DNA of 64,000 bases from Promethearchaeota archaeon (GTDB taxonomy: Archaea; Asgardarchaeota; Lokiarchaeia; Sigyniarchaeales; SOKP01), in assembly GCA_013375475.1 (NCBI GenBank), contig JABXKD010000002.1:32001-96000 (forward strand), written 5' to 3'. The position numbers were made by a program, and so were the translations under genes. The notes beneath the pieces were generated by a model. That model had not been told where the DNA came from, searched no databases, and saw only the letters and a list, made by a program, of their open reading frames with translations. This document shows positions 1 through 10,346 of this stretch, piece by piece. Each line of letters opens with the position of its first letter. Positions within the stretch are counted from its first letter, which is position 1.

Positions 1-20
1 AAAAACTAAATTCTTACTTA

Positions 21-1196
21 TTATAATTTTAGTTTTTTTACAATTTTTTCTAAATCAATAGCAAAATTAGATAAATGGTCTCTCTTTACATGAGGCATTA
101 TCACAACTCTAATTAAATTAAAATCTAGGAATTTCCCTAACATCCAATTATTATTACGTAATGTTTTTTCGAGTTCACATATACTATCTCCATTTTCCGT
201 GGTGATCCCAACCACATTCATAACGGGATCCGCAGCTAATTTTACACCGCGAATTTCAGAGATCCTTTGTGCTAAATATTTAGTTTTATCCATACATTTC
301 GAAACAATCTCATTAAAACCTTTAATTCCTAAATACTTTAATACTACCCAAAAGGCTATGATTGAAGCTCCTGGTCTAGTCCCAACAATATGAAAGTGTT
401 TAAATGATCCTCCCGCTAAATATGGAATTTCAAAACCTGTTTTCTGTAATATTGAAGAGTCTTTAACAAAATAACCACCAGAAGGAATTATTCCTAAACC
501 CATTTTATGAGGATCAGCAGTAATTGAATCTACAGAGTTTATCGAAAAATCCCATGGAGGAACCTGATAACCTAACCTTTTAAGAAAAGGCAAAACAAAA
601 CCTCCGAATGCGGCATCAATGTGAAAAAAAATATCTTTACCTTCAACAATTGTACCTATATCTTCAATTGGGTCAATTAAACCTAATGAAGTTGTGCCCG
701 CAACTCCAACAATAGCACAAGTATTTTTATTAATTAATGTTTCAAGATGATTTAAATCAACTTCGTAATTCTCTAATAATTTTACCTTTCTCAGTCTAAG
801 GTTTAACAAATCAGCTGCTTTATCAAAAGAAATATGAGCAGAAATTGGAACTACAACTTCCGGATTTTTAATATCAGATCGCAAATTTCTGGCAATCCTC
901 ATAGCTATCAAATTTGCTTCAGACCCGCCAGTAGTAAATGTTCCTATAATGTTTTTATTTCCAAATAAATCCCCAATTTCAGAGATTAGTTCATCCTCCA
1001 ATGCAGCAGTACCTGGGAATAACCCGGGATCTCCTAAATTCTTAGAAATATATTTAAGATAGATTTCTTTAGCAAAATCTAATGGCTCTGTGCACATTGA
1101 TCCCAAAATTGAGCCTGAATCGTAGGAAAAATCTTTCTCAAGCTTTTTTTCCAACAAATGAAGTATATCTCGTTTCTCTAGACCGTCTTCTTCCAT
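21..1196 (-). CDS. mfnA: PLP-dependent group II decarboxylase (tyrosine/aspartate decarboxylase)
   Basis: ILGSMCT, TTGGSEAN, HIDAAFGG and DPHKMG (PLP lysine) motifs. Confidence 0.9.
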   Translation of the reverse strand: MEEDGLEKRDILHLLEKKLEKDFSYDSGSILGSMCTEPLDFAKEIYLKYISKNLGDPGLFPGTAALEDELISEIGDLFGNKNIIGTFTTGGSEANLIAMRIARNLRSDIKNPEVVVPISAHISFDKAADLLNLRLRKVKLLENYEVDLNHLETLINKNTCAIVGVAGTTSLGLIDPIEDIGTIVEGKDIFFHIDAAFGGFVLPFLKRLGYQVPPWDFSINSVDSITADPHKMGLGIIPSGGYFVKDSSILQKTGFEIPYLAGGSFKHFHIVGTRPGASIIAFWVVLKYLGIKGFNEIVSKCMDKTKYLAQRISEIRGVKLAADPVMNVVGITTENGDSICELEKTLRNNNWMLGKFLDFNLIRVVIMPHVKRDHLSNFAIDLEKIVKKLKL

Positions 1197-1327
1197 TTTT
1201 GAAAGTGAATACTTAATTATTGTTATAGTTTCCTATAATTCTAAAAAAGATAAAGCTTAAAAAAATAAAAGTTTTACAAATCAGATTTGTATAAGTAGTA
1301 TTCTAATAAAAATGGTAAAATTGATGC

Positions 1328-1645
1328 TTAAACAAATCTTTTTGAATCTCTTTTAGTATATTTTTCAATTACAAGGTTTAATTCGTTGTTCAAGTCAATT
1401 TCATAATAATTTGCGATGCAAAGGATGGCAAAAATTACATCTGCGAGCTCTTCGCCTATTCCTGTTGAACTATCGTTAGGCTTTTTTGGTTTAATTCCCT
1501 CCAGGAAATTTAACTCCTTAGCTAATTCACCTACTTCTTCCACTAATGCACTAAACATAGAAAGAGGAGGCCAGTAACCACCATGATTTATAATCCATTT
1601 ATCAATTTTTTTTTGAAACTCTTTGAGCGATAAATCTTCTTCCAT
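1328..1645 (-). CDS. MazG-like nucleotide pyrophosphohydrolase
   Basis: LVEEVGELA and GEELADV acidic motifs, 105 aa. Confidence 0.88.
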   Translation of the reverse strand: MEEDLSLKEFQKKIDKWIINHGGYWPPLSMFSALVEEVGELAKELNFLEGIKPKKPNDSSTGIGEELADVIFAILCIANYYEIDLNNELNLVIEKYTKRDSKRFV

Positions 1646-1683
1646 AAATAAAGTAAGACACTGGTATATTTATTATCAGTGAA

Positions 1684-4600
1684 TTAGGAAAATAAATTAT
1701 ATCTTTTTCTAGATTCCCATTCTGCTTTCTTACCGGAATTGTATCTATTTACTTCACTGTAATACCCGGTAATTCTTGAATACACCTTAACATCTCCAGA
1801 GTAACATTGAGGACAAATAAAATTTCCACCTCGAAACATCTTCCTACAATGAGGACAATAAGTAAAATCGGTCGTATAAGCAAAATAAGCGGTATTAGTA
1901 TTGAGACAAATATTCTTAGTCAGTTCCCATAACCCATTAATATCTGGATTTTGCTCACCAAGCCAGATATGCGTTATTACTCCTCCTTCAACAACGGGGT
2001 GATAATCTCCTTGCTTTTTAATTCTTTCAGATAAAGTAATGTCAGCATCATATCTAAAATGACTAGAATTTGTGTAGTAGGCAGAGTTACCGGATGATTG
2101 TGGAATTGCTTTTTTGGGGAAATGTTTTAAATCTAGCCTTGCTAACCGGTTACTTGTCGATTCTGCAGGTTGCTCCCAAAGTGAATACGAAATTCCGTCT
2201 CTTTCGGTCATCGAATTACACTTTGCTACCATATATTCTAACACTTTTTTACCAAAATTGTATGCAGTGTCGTGTTCGTGCAATTCATACCCAATCAGAC
2301 TTTTTAAGGCTTCGTTTAAACCAGTAAAACCAATAGAGAGATTCTGATCTTTTAGGTTAAAAATTGGCTCTCCGTCTATTTTACCGCTACATAAGGGTAG
2401 ATGACCCGATCTTAAGCGTTTTTCCATTAATTTCCATTTTTTTAGTAGCACTCTTGCAGAGAGCTCCATATTCTTATCTAAAATCCTAAAGTAATCGTCT
2501 TCGTTAGCAGACATGTACGCATACCTAGGTAAATTAAGACTGACGCTTTGAAGCGAACCAATTGAGACGTAATTTTCCCAGGCATTGGCGATTTTCCTCT
2601 TTTCGGGGTCTAATTCACATCTGCTTATAATCTGATTGCCACTTAAAAATTTACGGCAACATTGACTATGAATTTCGTCGGGCATCCATTCTGGGCACAT
2701 ATTGAGAAAATATGGAGTGCCCATCTTAGCAACTTCTTCCATTAATTTAATGTAAGACGGTTCGAACTCTTTGAGCCACTCTTTTTTAATCTTTATTTCG
2801 TGTTTTGGGAATGCAAATAACTTTCCATCGTAGTCTCCATGGATATAAACATCAGTTAGAGCGTCAAAAAGCTTTAAACACTCGTCTTTATAATCACCAT
2901 ATTTACCAATAATTTTACCGTGGGGACCAATAGCCTTAATGGATAACAAACCTTCAGGTATTGTAGGAGTACAAGAAATTGAAGTGAAGGGTACTTGCCC
3001 TCCTCTCGCTGCAAAAATCTGGTTTGTTTCGTATATTAAACATTGCATAGATTGTTCGATTTCTCTGGCGGAAAGTCCTTTAGCATAAGGAGCGAGGAAC
3101 GATGTTATGTAATCGTAACCTTGACCTCCACTAAATTCACCTTGTATTGTCCCTAACCATTTGGCTAGATGAGTTACAGCAACCCGTAAACTCCCAGCTG
3201 GACCAGACCTACTGCAATGTGCCCAACTATTTACCGGGGGAAGTCCATGCTCGAGAATCATACGAGGATCCCACTCTTGACAATTATGAATGAGGATGGA
3301 ATTTGCATAAAATGTATGATTGGGCCAGTCTCCATTACCCACTAAAGTGAAATCATATAGATATGGATGAGTAGGTTGTATTTTTTTAATATTAGTAACA
3401 ACATCGTATGGTTTTCTTTCAGAAAATTTAGGTGAATGGGTTTTAAGATATGAATTTAGTTTTTGCTGCTTTTTTACCTGGAAAAATTCAACTAACTTTG
3501 AGAATTTAAGAATATTATCGCCACCAAATATTTTTAGTCTATACATCATACCCTCGCCCTTATATCCCTTAATATCATACTCATAATTCTCTTCTTTAAT
3601 ATAATGATAAATAGAGTGCGTCGCAAATATAAAACTCAAGTAATCTATAAGTGATTTTGATTTTGAAGTATAAGTTATATCGCAATCAGATCTTTTCGGT
3701 CTATAGATTATATGTCCATCTCCACTATAAAGGGCAGATAATAATGGTTTTAATTTCTCATCAGACAAATTCAAAAAAAAGTTATTAACCTGTTTTTTGT
3801 GGCTAAGGGGTTTAATCCCAAAAACATACCTGAATAAGAGATAAATCATTTTACCTCCAAAGTATAATTGAGGAGCTTTATTCTCAATTAAAGTATGTGT
3901 GATATATGTATCAAAACTGTCTCTAATAGACTGCTCCATATCCTCAAGTATAAAAGGATCTTTACTGGTTAATACAAGATTATAACTCAGATTATCTTCT
4001 ATATTATAAATTCCCTCAGATAAAAAGTATCCAATCAGTCTTAAGATTGGTTCTTTAATATTTAATATTGCTGGAATTGAGAGAGAAGAACCAACAACAC
4101 CAATTTCTAAATTAGAATATGGAACATTGTATATTTCAATTATTTTTATTGCCTCCAGAATAGGAAGACTGCCCCGTTCCCAACTTCTTGGATAACTTAG
4201 GACTTCTGCTTTACAGAAAACATCGTCCCAAGACAGTGAGTTCCTCTCTTTCTCTGCAATTAAGAAATTCCTTAGATTTTTTACATAAACATTCTTTAAC
4301 AAATCTGATGGACATTTTTTAATCAATTCTTCAATGATATTTAATTCATAATGATCTCCTTTTATTACACTATTATTTAAAATCATCAAAGAATCACCTA
4401 TGCAAAGGTTCTTAGCAGGTATTTCTTTTGGAAATAAATCATTAAAAGTCATTATGCGATGGTCATCGCTAAGGAGAATTTCTTTTCCACTTTTGGTTGT
4501 TATTTTATTAATATAATCATCTGATGGTCTTCTTGAAACAAATTTCAGTTTTTTTATTCCAGTAGGTGTATATAATGAGAGAGATTTTCTTGATAAATCA

Positions 4601-5244
4601 ATCAATTCTTGATTTTTATCGAAAAACTCATCAAAATCTTTTGCTTTATTTAGTGATAAATTTTTCCCATCATATACCGGTATTTTGGTACTACCATCTA
4701 CGCAAAACGGTCTTAAATCAAAATATCTTAGCATATGTACATGAATGTCTCCATATAAATGAGCATGCGCTTCTTCTGAGTCTAAAATCCTTAAGAGAGC
4801 GTATTCATCAGAAATCCTATTTGCAGCCCAATGATGGATGCTTTCTGGGTTTAAATCTTGATTGGCGTTTTCGTTAACGCCTTTCTCCAATATCGCTTCA
4901 TAATCCATTAATGGCATACCTATTCTTGTATATAGTTTACGCTCGTCTTCGTAGTGTTCTTCTGATAATATTGAGCAAACTATTTCCCTAATATGTGGTC
5001 CAGAAAGAAAACTAATATTGGAAGATATAATTCTTCTCACAACAAGCTCAGTAATTTTGCCAGCAGATTTTAAATCTAATCCCGTTTCTTTAACGATGCT
5101 TTCTTTTATTTTATCTAGCTCAAAGGGTACAACATCGCCTTCCGTCCGTGAAACACTTGGAAGTAAATTTTTTAAAAACCCACTTTCTAACATTTTTTTT
5201 CCTTTAATTGTTTCAAACTTTGGAGTTAAAACCATATTAATCAT
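1684..5244 (-). CDS. nrdD: Anaerobic (class III) ribonucleoside-triphosphate reductase with N-terminal ATP-cone, intein-containing
   Basis: ATP-cone N-terminus, RGGQVPF, SQCCR finger loop, C-terminal CPHC/CPQC and SRITGYY glycyl-radical motif. Confidence 0.95.
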   Translation of the reverse strand: MINMVLTPKFETIKGKKMLESGFLKNLLPSVSRTEGDVVPFELDKIKESIVKETGLDLKSAGKITELVVRRIISSNISFLSGPHIREIVCSILSEEHYEDERKLYTRIGMPLMDYEAILEKGVNENANQDLNPESIHHWAANRISDEYALLRILDSEEAHAHLYGDIHVHMLRYFDLRPFCVDGSTKIPVYDGKNLSLNKAKDFDEFFDKNQELIDLSRKSLSLYTPTGIKKLKFVSRRPSDDYINKITTKSGKEILLSDDHRIMTFNDLFPKEIPAKNLCIGDSLMILNNSVIKGDHYELNIIEELIKKCPSDLLKNVYVKNLRNFLIAEKERNSLSWDDVFCKAEVLSYPRSWERGSLPILEAIKIIEIYNVPYSNLEIGVVGSSLSIPAILNIKEPILRLIGYFLSEGIYNIEDNLSYNLVLTSKDPFILEDMEQSIRDSFDTYITHTLIENKAPQLYFGGKMIYLLFRYVFGIKPLSHKKQVNNFFLNLSDEKLKPLLSALYSGDGHIIYRPKRSDCDITYTSKSKSLIDYLSFIFATHSIYHYIKEENYEYDIKGYKGEGMMYRLKIFGGDNILKFSKLVEFFQVKKQQKLNSYLKTHSPKFSERKPYDVVTNIKKIQPTHPYLYDFTLVGNGDWPNHTFYANSILIHNCQEWDPRMILEHGLPPVNSWAHCSRSGPAGSLRVAVTHLAKWLGTIQGEFSGGQGYDYITSFLAPYAKGLSAREIEQSMQCLIYETNQIFAARGGQVPFTSISCTPTIPEGLLSIKAIGPHGKIIGKYGDYKDECLKLFDALTDVYIHGDYDGKLFAFPKHEIKIKKEWLKEFEPSYIKLMEEVAKMGTPYFLNMCPEWMPDEIHSQCCRKFLSGNQIISRCELDPEKRKIANAWENYVSIGSLQSVSLNLPRYAYMSANEDDYFRILDKNMELSARVLLKKWKLMEKRLRSGHLPLCSGKIDGEPIFNLKDQNLSIGFTGLNEALKSLIGYELHEHDTAYNFGKKVLEYMVAKCNSMTERDGISYSLWEQPAESTSNRLARLDLKHFPKKAIPQSSGNSAYYTNSSHFRYDADITLSERIKKQGDYHPVVEGGVITHIWLGEQNPDINGLWELTKNICLNTNTAYFAYTTDFTYCPHCRKMFRGGNFICPQCYSGDVKVYSRITGYYSEVNRYNSGKKAEWESRKRYNLFS
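3283..4704 (-). mobile_element. Intein (474 aa) with LAGLIDADG homing endonuclease in nrdD
   Basis: Begins CVDGSTKI (aa 181), block B SDDHRI, LAGLIDADG-like LIGYFLSEG and LSALYSGDG, ends YDF...ILIHN followed by +1 Cys (CQEWD). Confidence 0.93.
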
Positions 5245-5651
5245 TTTATTAATTTAATTTGCAATTCCTATCGAAGTGATAACAGTATATAACTTGTATG
5301 AAAATTAAAAATTTATGTCGTTTTTATTAACCTAAGTAATAGCTTTAATTGTTATATATTCTCGTTAATACTTTGCCTCTTTTGATATAAAAATGTATTT
5401 TTTTTTCCAATTTAAACTTATTCTATTAACCTTCTATTCATAATCTAATAAACCAGTTTAGAAATCCACAGAAAATTCCATAGTTTCACCTAAAAGTCCA
5501 GTCGTATTACCTATATCCTCGTTATTTTACTAGCAAACTTAAAATTGTCGTCTTTACTGGTTTTGTAATTTTCAAACGATTAATGTAAAATTTAAAAATT
5601 ATCAACTACGAGAATATTTAAATAAAAAACAGATGAAATCAACTTATATAA

Positions 5652-5990
5652 ATGCTTGAAATTAAAAAAAATCCCGTAAATAAAAGCTCTGTCAATTCTA
5701 TAGAAACTTTGCCAGGAATTTATCGAAAAACTCTAATTTTTAATGAGAACATGATGTTATGCCATTTTATCCTCAATAAAAATTCTGAAGTCCCCCTTCA
5801 TTCGCATAAGGAACATCAAATCGGATATGTAATTAAAGGAAAATTACAATTTTTTACCGATAATGAAGAATTTTTGGCTAAAAAGGGAGATAGTTATGTT
5901 TTTGAATCAAACGAAAAACATGGGGCAAAAATATTGGAGGATTCAGAGGTTATAGACGTGTTTAATCCTCCAAGAGAAGATTATAAATAA
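5652..5990 (+). CDS. Cupin domain protein
   Basis: HSHKEHQ and EKHG metal-binding cupin motifs, C-terminal DVFNPPREDY. Confidence 0.9.
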   Translation: MLEIKKNPVNKSSVNSIETLPGIYRKTLIFNENMMLCHFILNKNSEVPLHSHKEHQIGYVIKGKLQFFTDNEEFLAKKGDSYVFESNEKHGAKILEDSEVIDVFNPPREDYK

Positions 5991-6024
5991 ATCTGCGCAG
6001 TTACAAAAGGAAAATAAAAAGTAA

Positions 6025-6378
6025 TTACCATTGATAAGCGGCAACAACAAAAACTGCAATCATACAAAAAATAAATTGACCTAAAAGCCAATCTATAAAC
6101 AATTTCCTTTTTTGATCTCTGTTTTTCTTAACGCGAGTTGCTAAGGCAAAGCTAATTGCTGCATTAGTGCCAGTGAAAATTATTAATGTAAATGTTGATG
6201 CATTTAATGTTAGTTCAATCAAGTCGAGTATCATGTCAAAAATAAAAAACGCGCTTATTAAAGCTAATAAAGCAATTAAAAACATCCAACCTGAAAAATT
6301 GATAACTTTCTCAAATACTATTTCTTCTTGGGATAATCCTCCCGGCGACCGAGTGGGCTTTTTCTTTACTTTTGACAT
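6025..6378 (-). CDS. Small membrane protein (about 3 TM), unknown function
   Basis: Three hydrophobic segments in a 117-aa ORF co-oriented with the nac/pan run. Confidence 0.7.
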   Translation of the reverse strand: MSKVKKKPTRSPGGLSQEEIVFEKVINFSGWMFLIALLALISAFFIFDMILDLIELTLNASTFTLIIFTGTNAAISFALATRVKKNRDQKRKLFIDWLLGQFIFCMIAVFVVAAYQW

Positions 6379-6461
6379 ATCTTTCTACCGTACTAATTAT
6401 AAAAAATTGAATGGTCAATGATTCTTAATTCTTATTTTTTCTACAAATACAATTCAAGATA

Positions 6462-6953
6462 TCAAGGTTTATTTTTTAAAAATAAAATGGCTTTAGCAAT
6501 ATCTCCTTCACTATCAATCAACGCAGCATTCGCTTCTTCTTTATCTACATTCGCTTGAGCTGCCACTAACATTATATCATTTTCAGTAATAACCGTTTTA
6601 GCTTCAGATTCTACTATAGCGTCCTCTCGTTCTCCTACTTCCCTATCCCCTATTTGAACCTCCCCTACAGAATATTCTTCTGCATCCCCTATTATTTGAT
6701 AAATCTCTTGTCCCATTTGTTTCATTAAAACGACTTCGGGTTGATCGATTACAAGAGTATTTTCAGGACCTTCTATTATTACTCGCGTAGCGTTAATTGG
6801 TTCCATATCAATTCCTTGCTGTTGCATTCGACGGCGCATCTGTCTTGAAGCAATTTGTTGTCCTTCTCTCTTCTTTGTTGCTTGTGGTCGCGTTGGTTTA
6901 CTTTTTTCCTTTTTTTGCATTTCCTTTGGTAATTTAACCATTTTTTTCAACAA
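6462..6953 (-). CDS. nac: Nascent polypeptide-associated complex protein
   Basis: MRRRMQQQGIDM...ATRVII NAC domain; C-terminal UBA-like DIMLVAAQANV...GDIAKAIL. True start may be a downstream Met. Confidence 0.92.
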   Translation of the reverse strand: MLKKMVKLPKEMQKKEKSKPTRPQATKKREGQQIASRQMRRRMQQQGIDMEPINATRVIIEGPENTLVIDQPEVVLMKQMGQEIYQIIGDAEEYSVGEVQIGDREVGEREDAIVESEAKTVITENDIMLVAAQANVDKEEANAALIDSEGDIAKAILFLKNKP

Positions 6954-6991
6954 CTCTAAACTATATATATATTATAGTTATCTATTAATTT

Positions 6992-7483
6992 TTATAATTT
7001 TGATTTAGCTGTACCTTTTCGAACTTTAATCGCAATTCCAGTTTTAAAACTTCGAACATAAGGGACTGGGATCAATAATTTTCCAATTGCTAAAATTTCG
7101 TTTTCTTGATTAACAACAATAATCTCGTCGGAGGGTCTTAAACTATCATCTATGTCTATAACATGTTTACAAAAGACATTACGCCCTTTTCTAATGAATT
7201 CTGATATTTCATTCATTACTATCGCTCTTAATTTTAGCGGTGGAATGCTTTTAATTATTTTAACAGCGGAAAATAAACTCAATGTAAAAAATCCATTAGT
7301 TGGTCTTAAATTTAGGATTAGCTTGTCTTTGTCATACACATGTTTAATTTTACCAGTGTTTTTAGAAAATTCAAAATTAATTTCATTTTCATTTTCAAAC
7401 AGAATATCAGTTATCGACTGACCAAATTGGTAATCAGATATAGCCCTTACTTTTCTTAAAGCAAAAAGCAGTTTAGTTTCCAT
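6992..7483 (-). CDS. PUA-domain protein resembling the C-terminal domains of archaeosine tRNA-guanine transglycosylase
   Basis: SDYQFG, SKNTGKIKHV, GRNVFCKHV, LRPSDE, AIKVRKG. Confidence 0.82.
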   Translation of the reverse strand: METKLLFALRKVRAISDYQFGQSITDILFENENEINFEFSKNTGKIKHVYDKDKLILNLRPTNGFFTLSLFSAVKIIKSIPPLKLRAIVMNEISEFIRKGRNVFCKHVIDIDDSLRPSDEIIVVNQENEILAIGKLLIPVPYVRSFKTGIAIKVRKGTAKSKL

Positions 7484-7545
7484 ATTAATTTGATTTCTGT
7501 ATCAATTAATAATAAAATAAAGGTAAAATTTCGTAAAAATGATGG

Positions 7546-8760
7546 TTAGGAATACATCCGTGATTGAATAGCCTTATCTTTCATTTTATTCATTACTTTA
7601 TTGACAGCTTTGATAAAATCATCTTTAACTATTTGCTCCGCATCTTTTCTTATTGCAAACATTCCAGCTTCAGTACATATGGCTTTAATATCTGCTCCAG
7701 TAGCACCCTCAGTTAACTCAACTAGTTTTTTAAAATTAACATCTCCTTCAATGGTTAAAGATTTGCTGTGGATTTTAAAGATCGATAATCTTGCTTCTTC
7801 ATCAGGGATTGGAAAGTCTATCATTCTGTCAAACCTACCAGGCCTTAGCAAAGCAGGATCTAAAATATCAATTCGATTAGTCGCACCAATTATTTTTACG
7901 TCTCCCCTTTGTTCAAATCCATCTAATTCGCTTAATAATTGCATTAAAGTCCTTTGAACTTCTCTATCTCCTGATGTTGCGATTTTTAATCTTTGAGACC
8001 CAATTGCGTCTAATTCATCAATAAATAAGATAGTAGGGGCTTTTTGTTTTGCCAAATTGAATATTTCTCGCACTAATCGAGCACCTTCTCCTATAAACTT
8101 TTGAACCAACTCTGAACCGATTATTCTTATAAATGTAGCTTCGGTTTCATGCGCAACTGCTTTCGCTACTAGCGTTTTACCCGTACCTGGAGGGCCATAA
8201 AGTAAAACACCTTTAGGAGGATCAATTCCAATTTTTTTAAACAACTCTGGTTTTAACAAAGGTAGTTCCACAGTTTCTCTCACCTCTAGTATTTGGTCAT
8301 TTAATCCGCCTACATCCTCGTAAGAGATATCTGGAATTCCATCTATGACTTCCATTCCTTTAACAAATGGATCTAATTTAGTTGGTAGAATTTCCATTAT
8401 TGCAAAAGTTCTTTGATTTAGAGCGACTCGCATTCCTGGAGTCAAGTTTTCATTCTTGACTTTTCTGCTGGGGTTAACAACAAAACTAGGTCCAGTGGAG
8501 CTTTTTACTATAACTTTTCCCGTATCTTCTAGCATATCAATTACAGTTGCCGAAACTAATGGAGGTTCTCTTAATCTATCGATTTCATTTCTTAAACTGT
8601 TTAATTCTTGCTCTAATCTTAAACGTTCAGCATCTAGTAGCTGCTTTTCTGTTTCTAGATTTCTTAGTCTTTTTTCTAAATGCCTTGTATAAGTGATTAA
8701 ATATTCTTCATCTTTAGTTTCTTCCTGTTTCTTCCTTTCTTTTCCTTTAATCGTAGTCAA
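7546..8760 (-). CDS. pan: Proteasome-activating nucleotidase
   Basis: N-terminal coiled coil and OB fold, [22 protein letters not shown]-terminal HbYX (MYS). Confidence 0.96.
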   Translation of the reverse strand: MTTIKGKERKKQEETKDEEYLITYTRHLEKRLRNLETEKQLLDAERLRLEQELNSLRNEIDRLREPPLVSATVIDMLEDTGKVIVKSSTGPSFVVNPSRKVKNENLTPGMRVALNQRTFAIMEILPTKLDPFVKGMEVIDGIPDISYEDVGGLNDQILEVRETVELPLLKPELFKKIGIDPPKGVLLYGPPGTGKTLVAKAVAHETEATFIRIIGSELVQKFIGEGARLVREIFNLAKQKAPTILFIDELDAIGSQRLKIATSGDREVQRTLMQLLSELDGFEQRGDVKIIGATNRIDILDPALLRPGRFDRMIDFPIPDEEARLSIFKIHSKSLTIEGDVNFKKLVELTEGATGADIKAICTEAGMFAIRKDAEQIVKDDFIKAVNKVMNKMKDKAIQSRMYS

Positions 8761-9002
8761 GTATTAAATTCCCCAACTTTTACTTATTTCAATATTAAGA
8801 TACTAAATTAATTTAATAATAACAATTTATTCATTTAAACTTAAGGTAATACGCTAATATCAGAAAGCAGTGTAGTTTTAAAAAATTTTTGGATTATATT
8901 TTATAACGAGTTGTAGCTAAAAACCAAAAATTATAAGAGTTCTATATCCCGATCTTATTCATAGTGCTTTTCCTTTGAAAATTTTGAGTGTAATGTTATT
9001 TT

Positions 9003-9539
9003 ATGTCGAAAAAATTAACAGATGAATATGAGAAGGAATGTCCCATATGTGGTGGAAAAATATGGGGGAGAGGAGAAAAAGTCTTAATAGAAGGGGCAAA
9101 AATCGTTGTTTGTCAAAGTTGTGCCCAATTTGGAGTTAAAATCAAATTAAAGACTAAAATTGCACCTAGTAACAAAGGATTATATCCTAAACCTAAATCG
9201 TCCGTGACAAAAGTAGTCCGGCCTAGAGAAATCGAAGAGAGCGTAGAAATTGTCAGTGATTATGTCACAAAAATAAGAAAAGCTCGTAATTCTCGCGGAC
9301 TGAACCAAGATCAATTTGCTCAAAAACTAAACGAAAAACCTTCACTTTTAAGAAGAATTGAAGCTGGGAAAGTTGAGCCTACAATAAAGTTAGCGAAAAA
9401 AATAGAAGATGTCTACAATATTAAACTTCTTAAACAAGTCGACGAAATTGAACCAACTGCTAAACAAAGTCAGTATATGAAAAAAGCTAACGGTTCTTCT
9501 TTAGGTGATATCGCCTATGTTAAAAAGAAAAAGAAATAA
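9003..9539 (+). CDS. mbf1: Archaeal multiprotein bridging factor aMBF1
   Basis: CPICG...CQSC zinc ribbon, Cro-like HTH, C-terminal SLGDIA; divergent from pan. Confidence 0.92.
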   Translation: MSKKLTDEYEKECPICGGKIWGRGEKVLIEGAKIVVCQSCAQFGVKIKLKTKIAPSNKGLYPKPKSSVTKVVRPREIEESVEIVSDYVTKIRKARNSRGLNQDQFAQKLNEKPSLLRRIEAGKVEPTIKLAKKIEDVYNIKLLKQVDEIEPTAKQSQYMKKANGSSLGDIAYVKKKKK

Positions 9540-9653
9540 ACACTAATAGAATTAAGAGATTTGCAAAAATATTACGTCAGATCGTAGTAACCCATAAAAT
9601 TAGACACTAAATTTTTTTTAGAACGAATCTCTTAGCCGAAATATGAGATGTAA

Positions 9654-10244
9654 TTAAACTATTGTATCTATAGATAAATCTATATTTTCGATTAGAACTA
9701 TTTTTTCCATTAGAAAATGAATTAAATCCTTATTTTCTTGAGCCTCTAATGGACCTCCACAATCAGGGCATCTGAAATTTAATTCAAACCCTCTATCAAA
9801 ATTGAATTGGTTATTTGAATCTTTACAATCTTTACAAACAAAGAAGTAGTTATTTTCCTCGAATTTTAATCTATCTCTTAGCTTATTCTCCATTACTCTC
9901 CTTTTTTCTAGTAAAATTTCTTCAAACAAGTCAAATTCATGCCACCAATAATATATAAACCAGCCTGTAGATTTATCACGAATTCTTCTAAATTGAGCTA
10001 ATTTTCCACTATATAACTTATATAAAGTCTTTCGTACGGTATTTAATTTTAAGAATTCTCCATCATTTTCTTCAAAACTTATGTCCGGGTTTTCGCCTTT
10101 AAAGCGGTCTTTAATATTTTCAGTAATACCCTCATCAGTTATATCATCTTCTTCTGAATTCAATAATTCATTTCCAACTTCTATAGCTATATCGCCACCT
10201 AATATATATAAAAAAGACTTTAATAGAGGGTTTAATTCCTTCAT
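9654..10244 (-). CDS. tfe: Transcription factor E alpha
   Basis: LNTVRKTLYKLY, RIRDKSTGWFIYYW, FRCPDCGGPL. Confidence 0.93.
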   Translation of the reverse strand: MKELNPLLKSFLYILGGDIAIEVGNELLNSEEDDITDEGITENIKDRFKGENPDISFEENDGEFLKLNTVRKTLYKLYSGKLAQFRRIRDKSTGWFIYYWWHEFDLFEEILLEKRRVMENKLRDRLKFEENNYFFVCKDCKDSNNQFNFDRGFELNFRCPDCGGPLEAQENKDLIHFLMEKIVLIENIDLSIDTIV

Positions 10245-10346
10245 AATCCTTGATCTTCTTATTCTCTTCTATTCGTTGTCCAAGTAAAACATTCATTAAA
10301 ATTAAATTTTTTGAATTTCAATTTATTAGAATTTGTGTGCTTAATA

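Noticed and set aside
5440-5570. ORB-like TCCA/CCAG repeats upstream of nrdD
   Set aside because: Spacing does not match the ORB core and the copies are inconsistent; cannot be supported.
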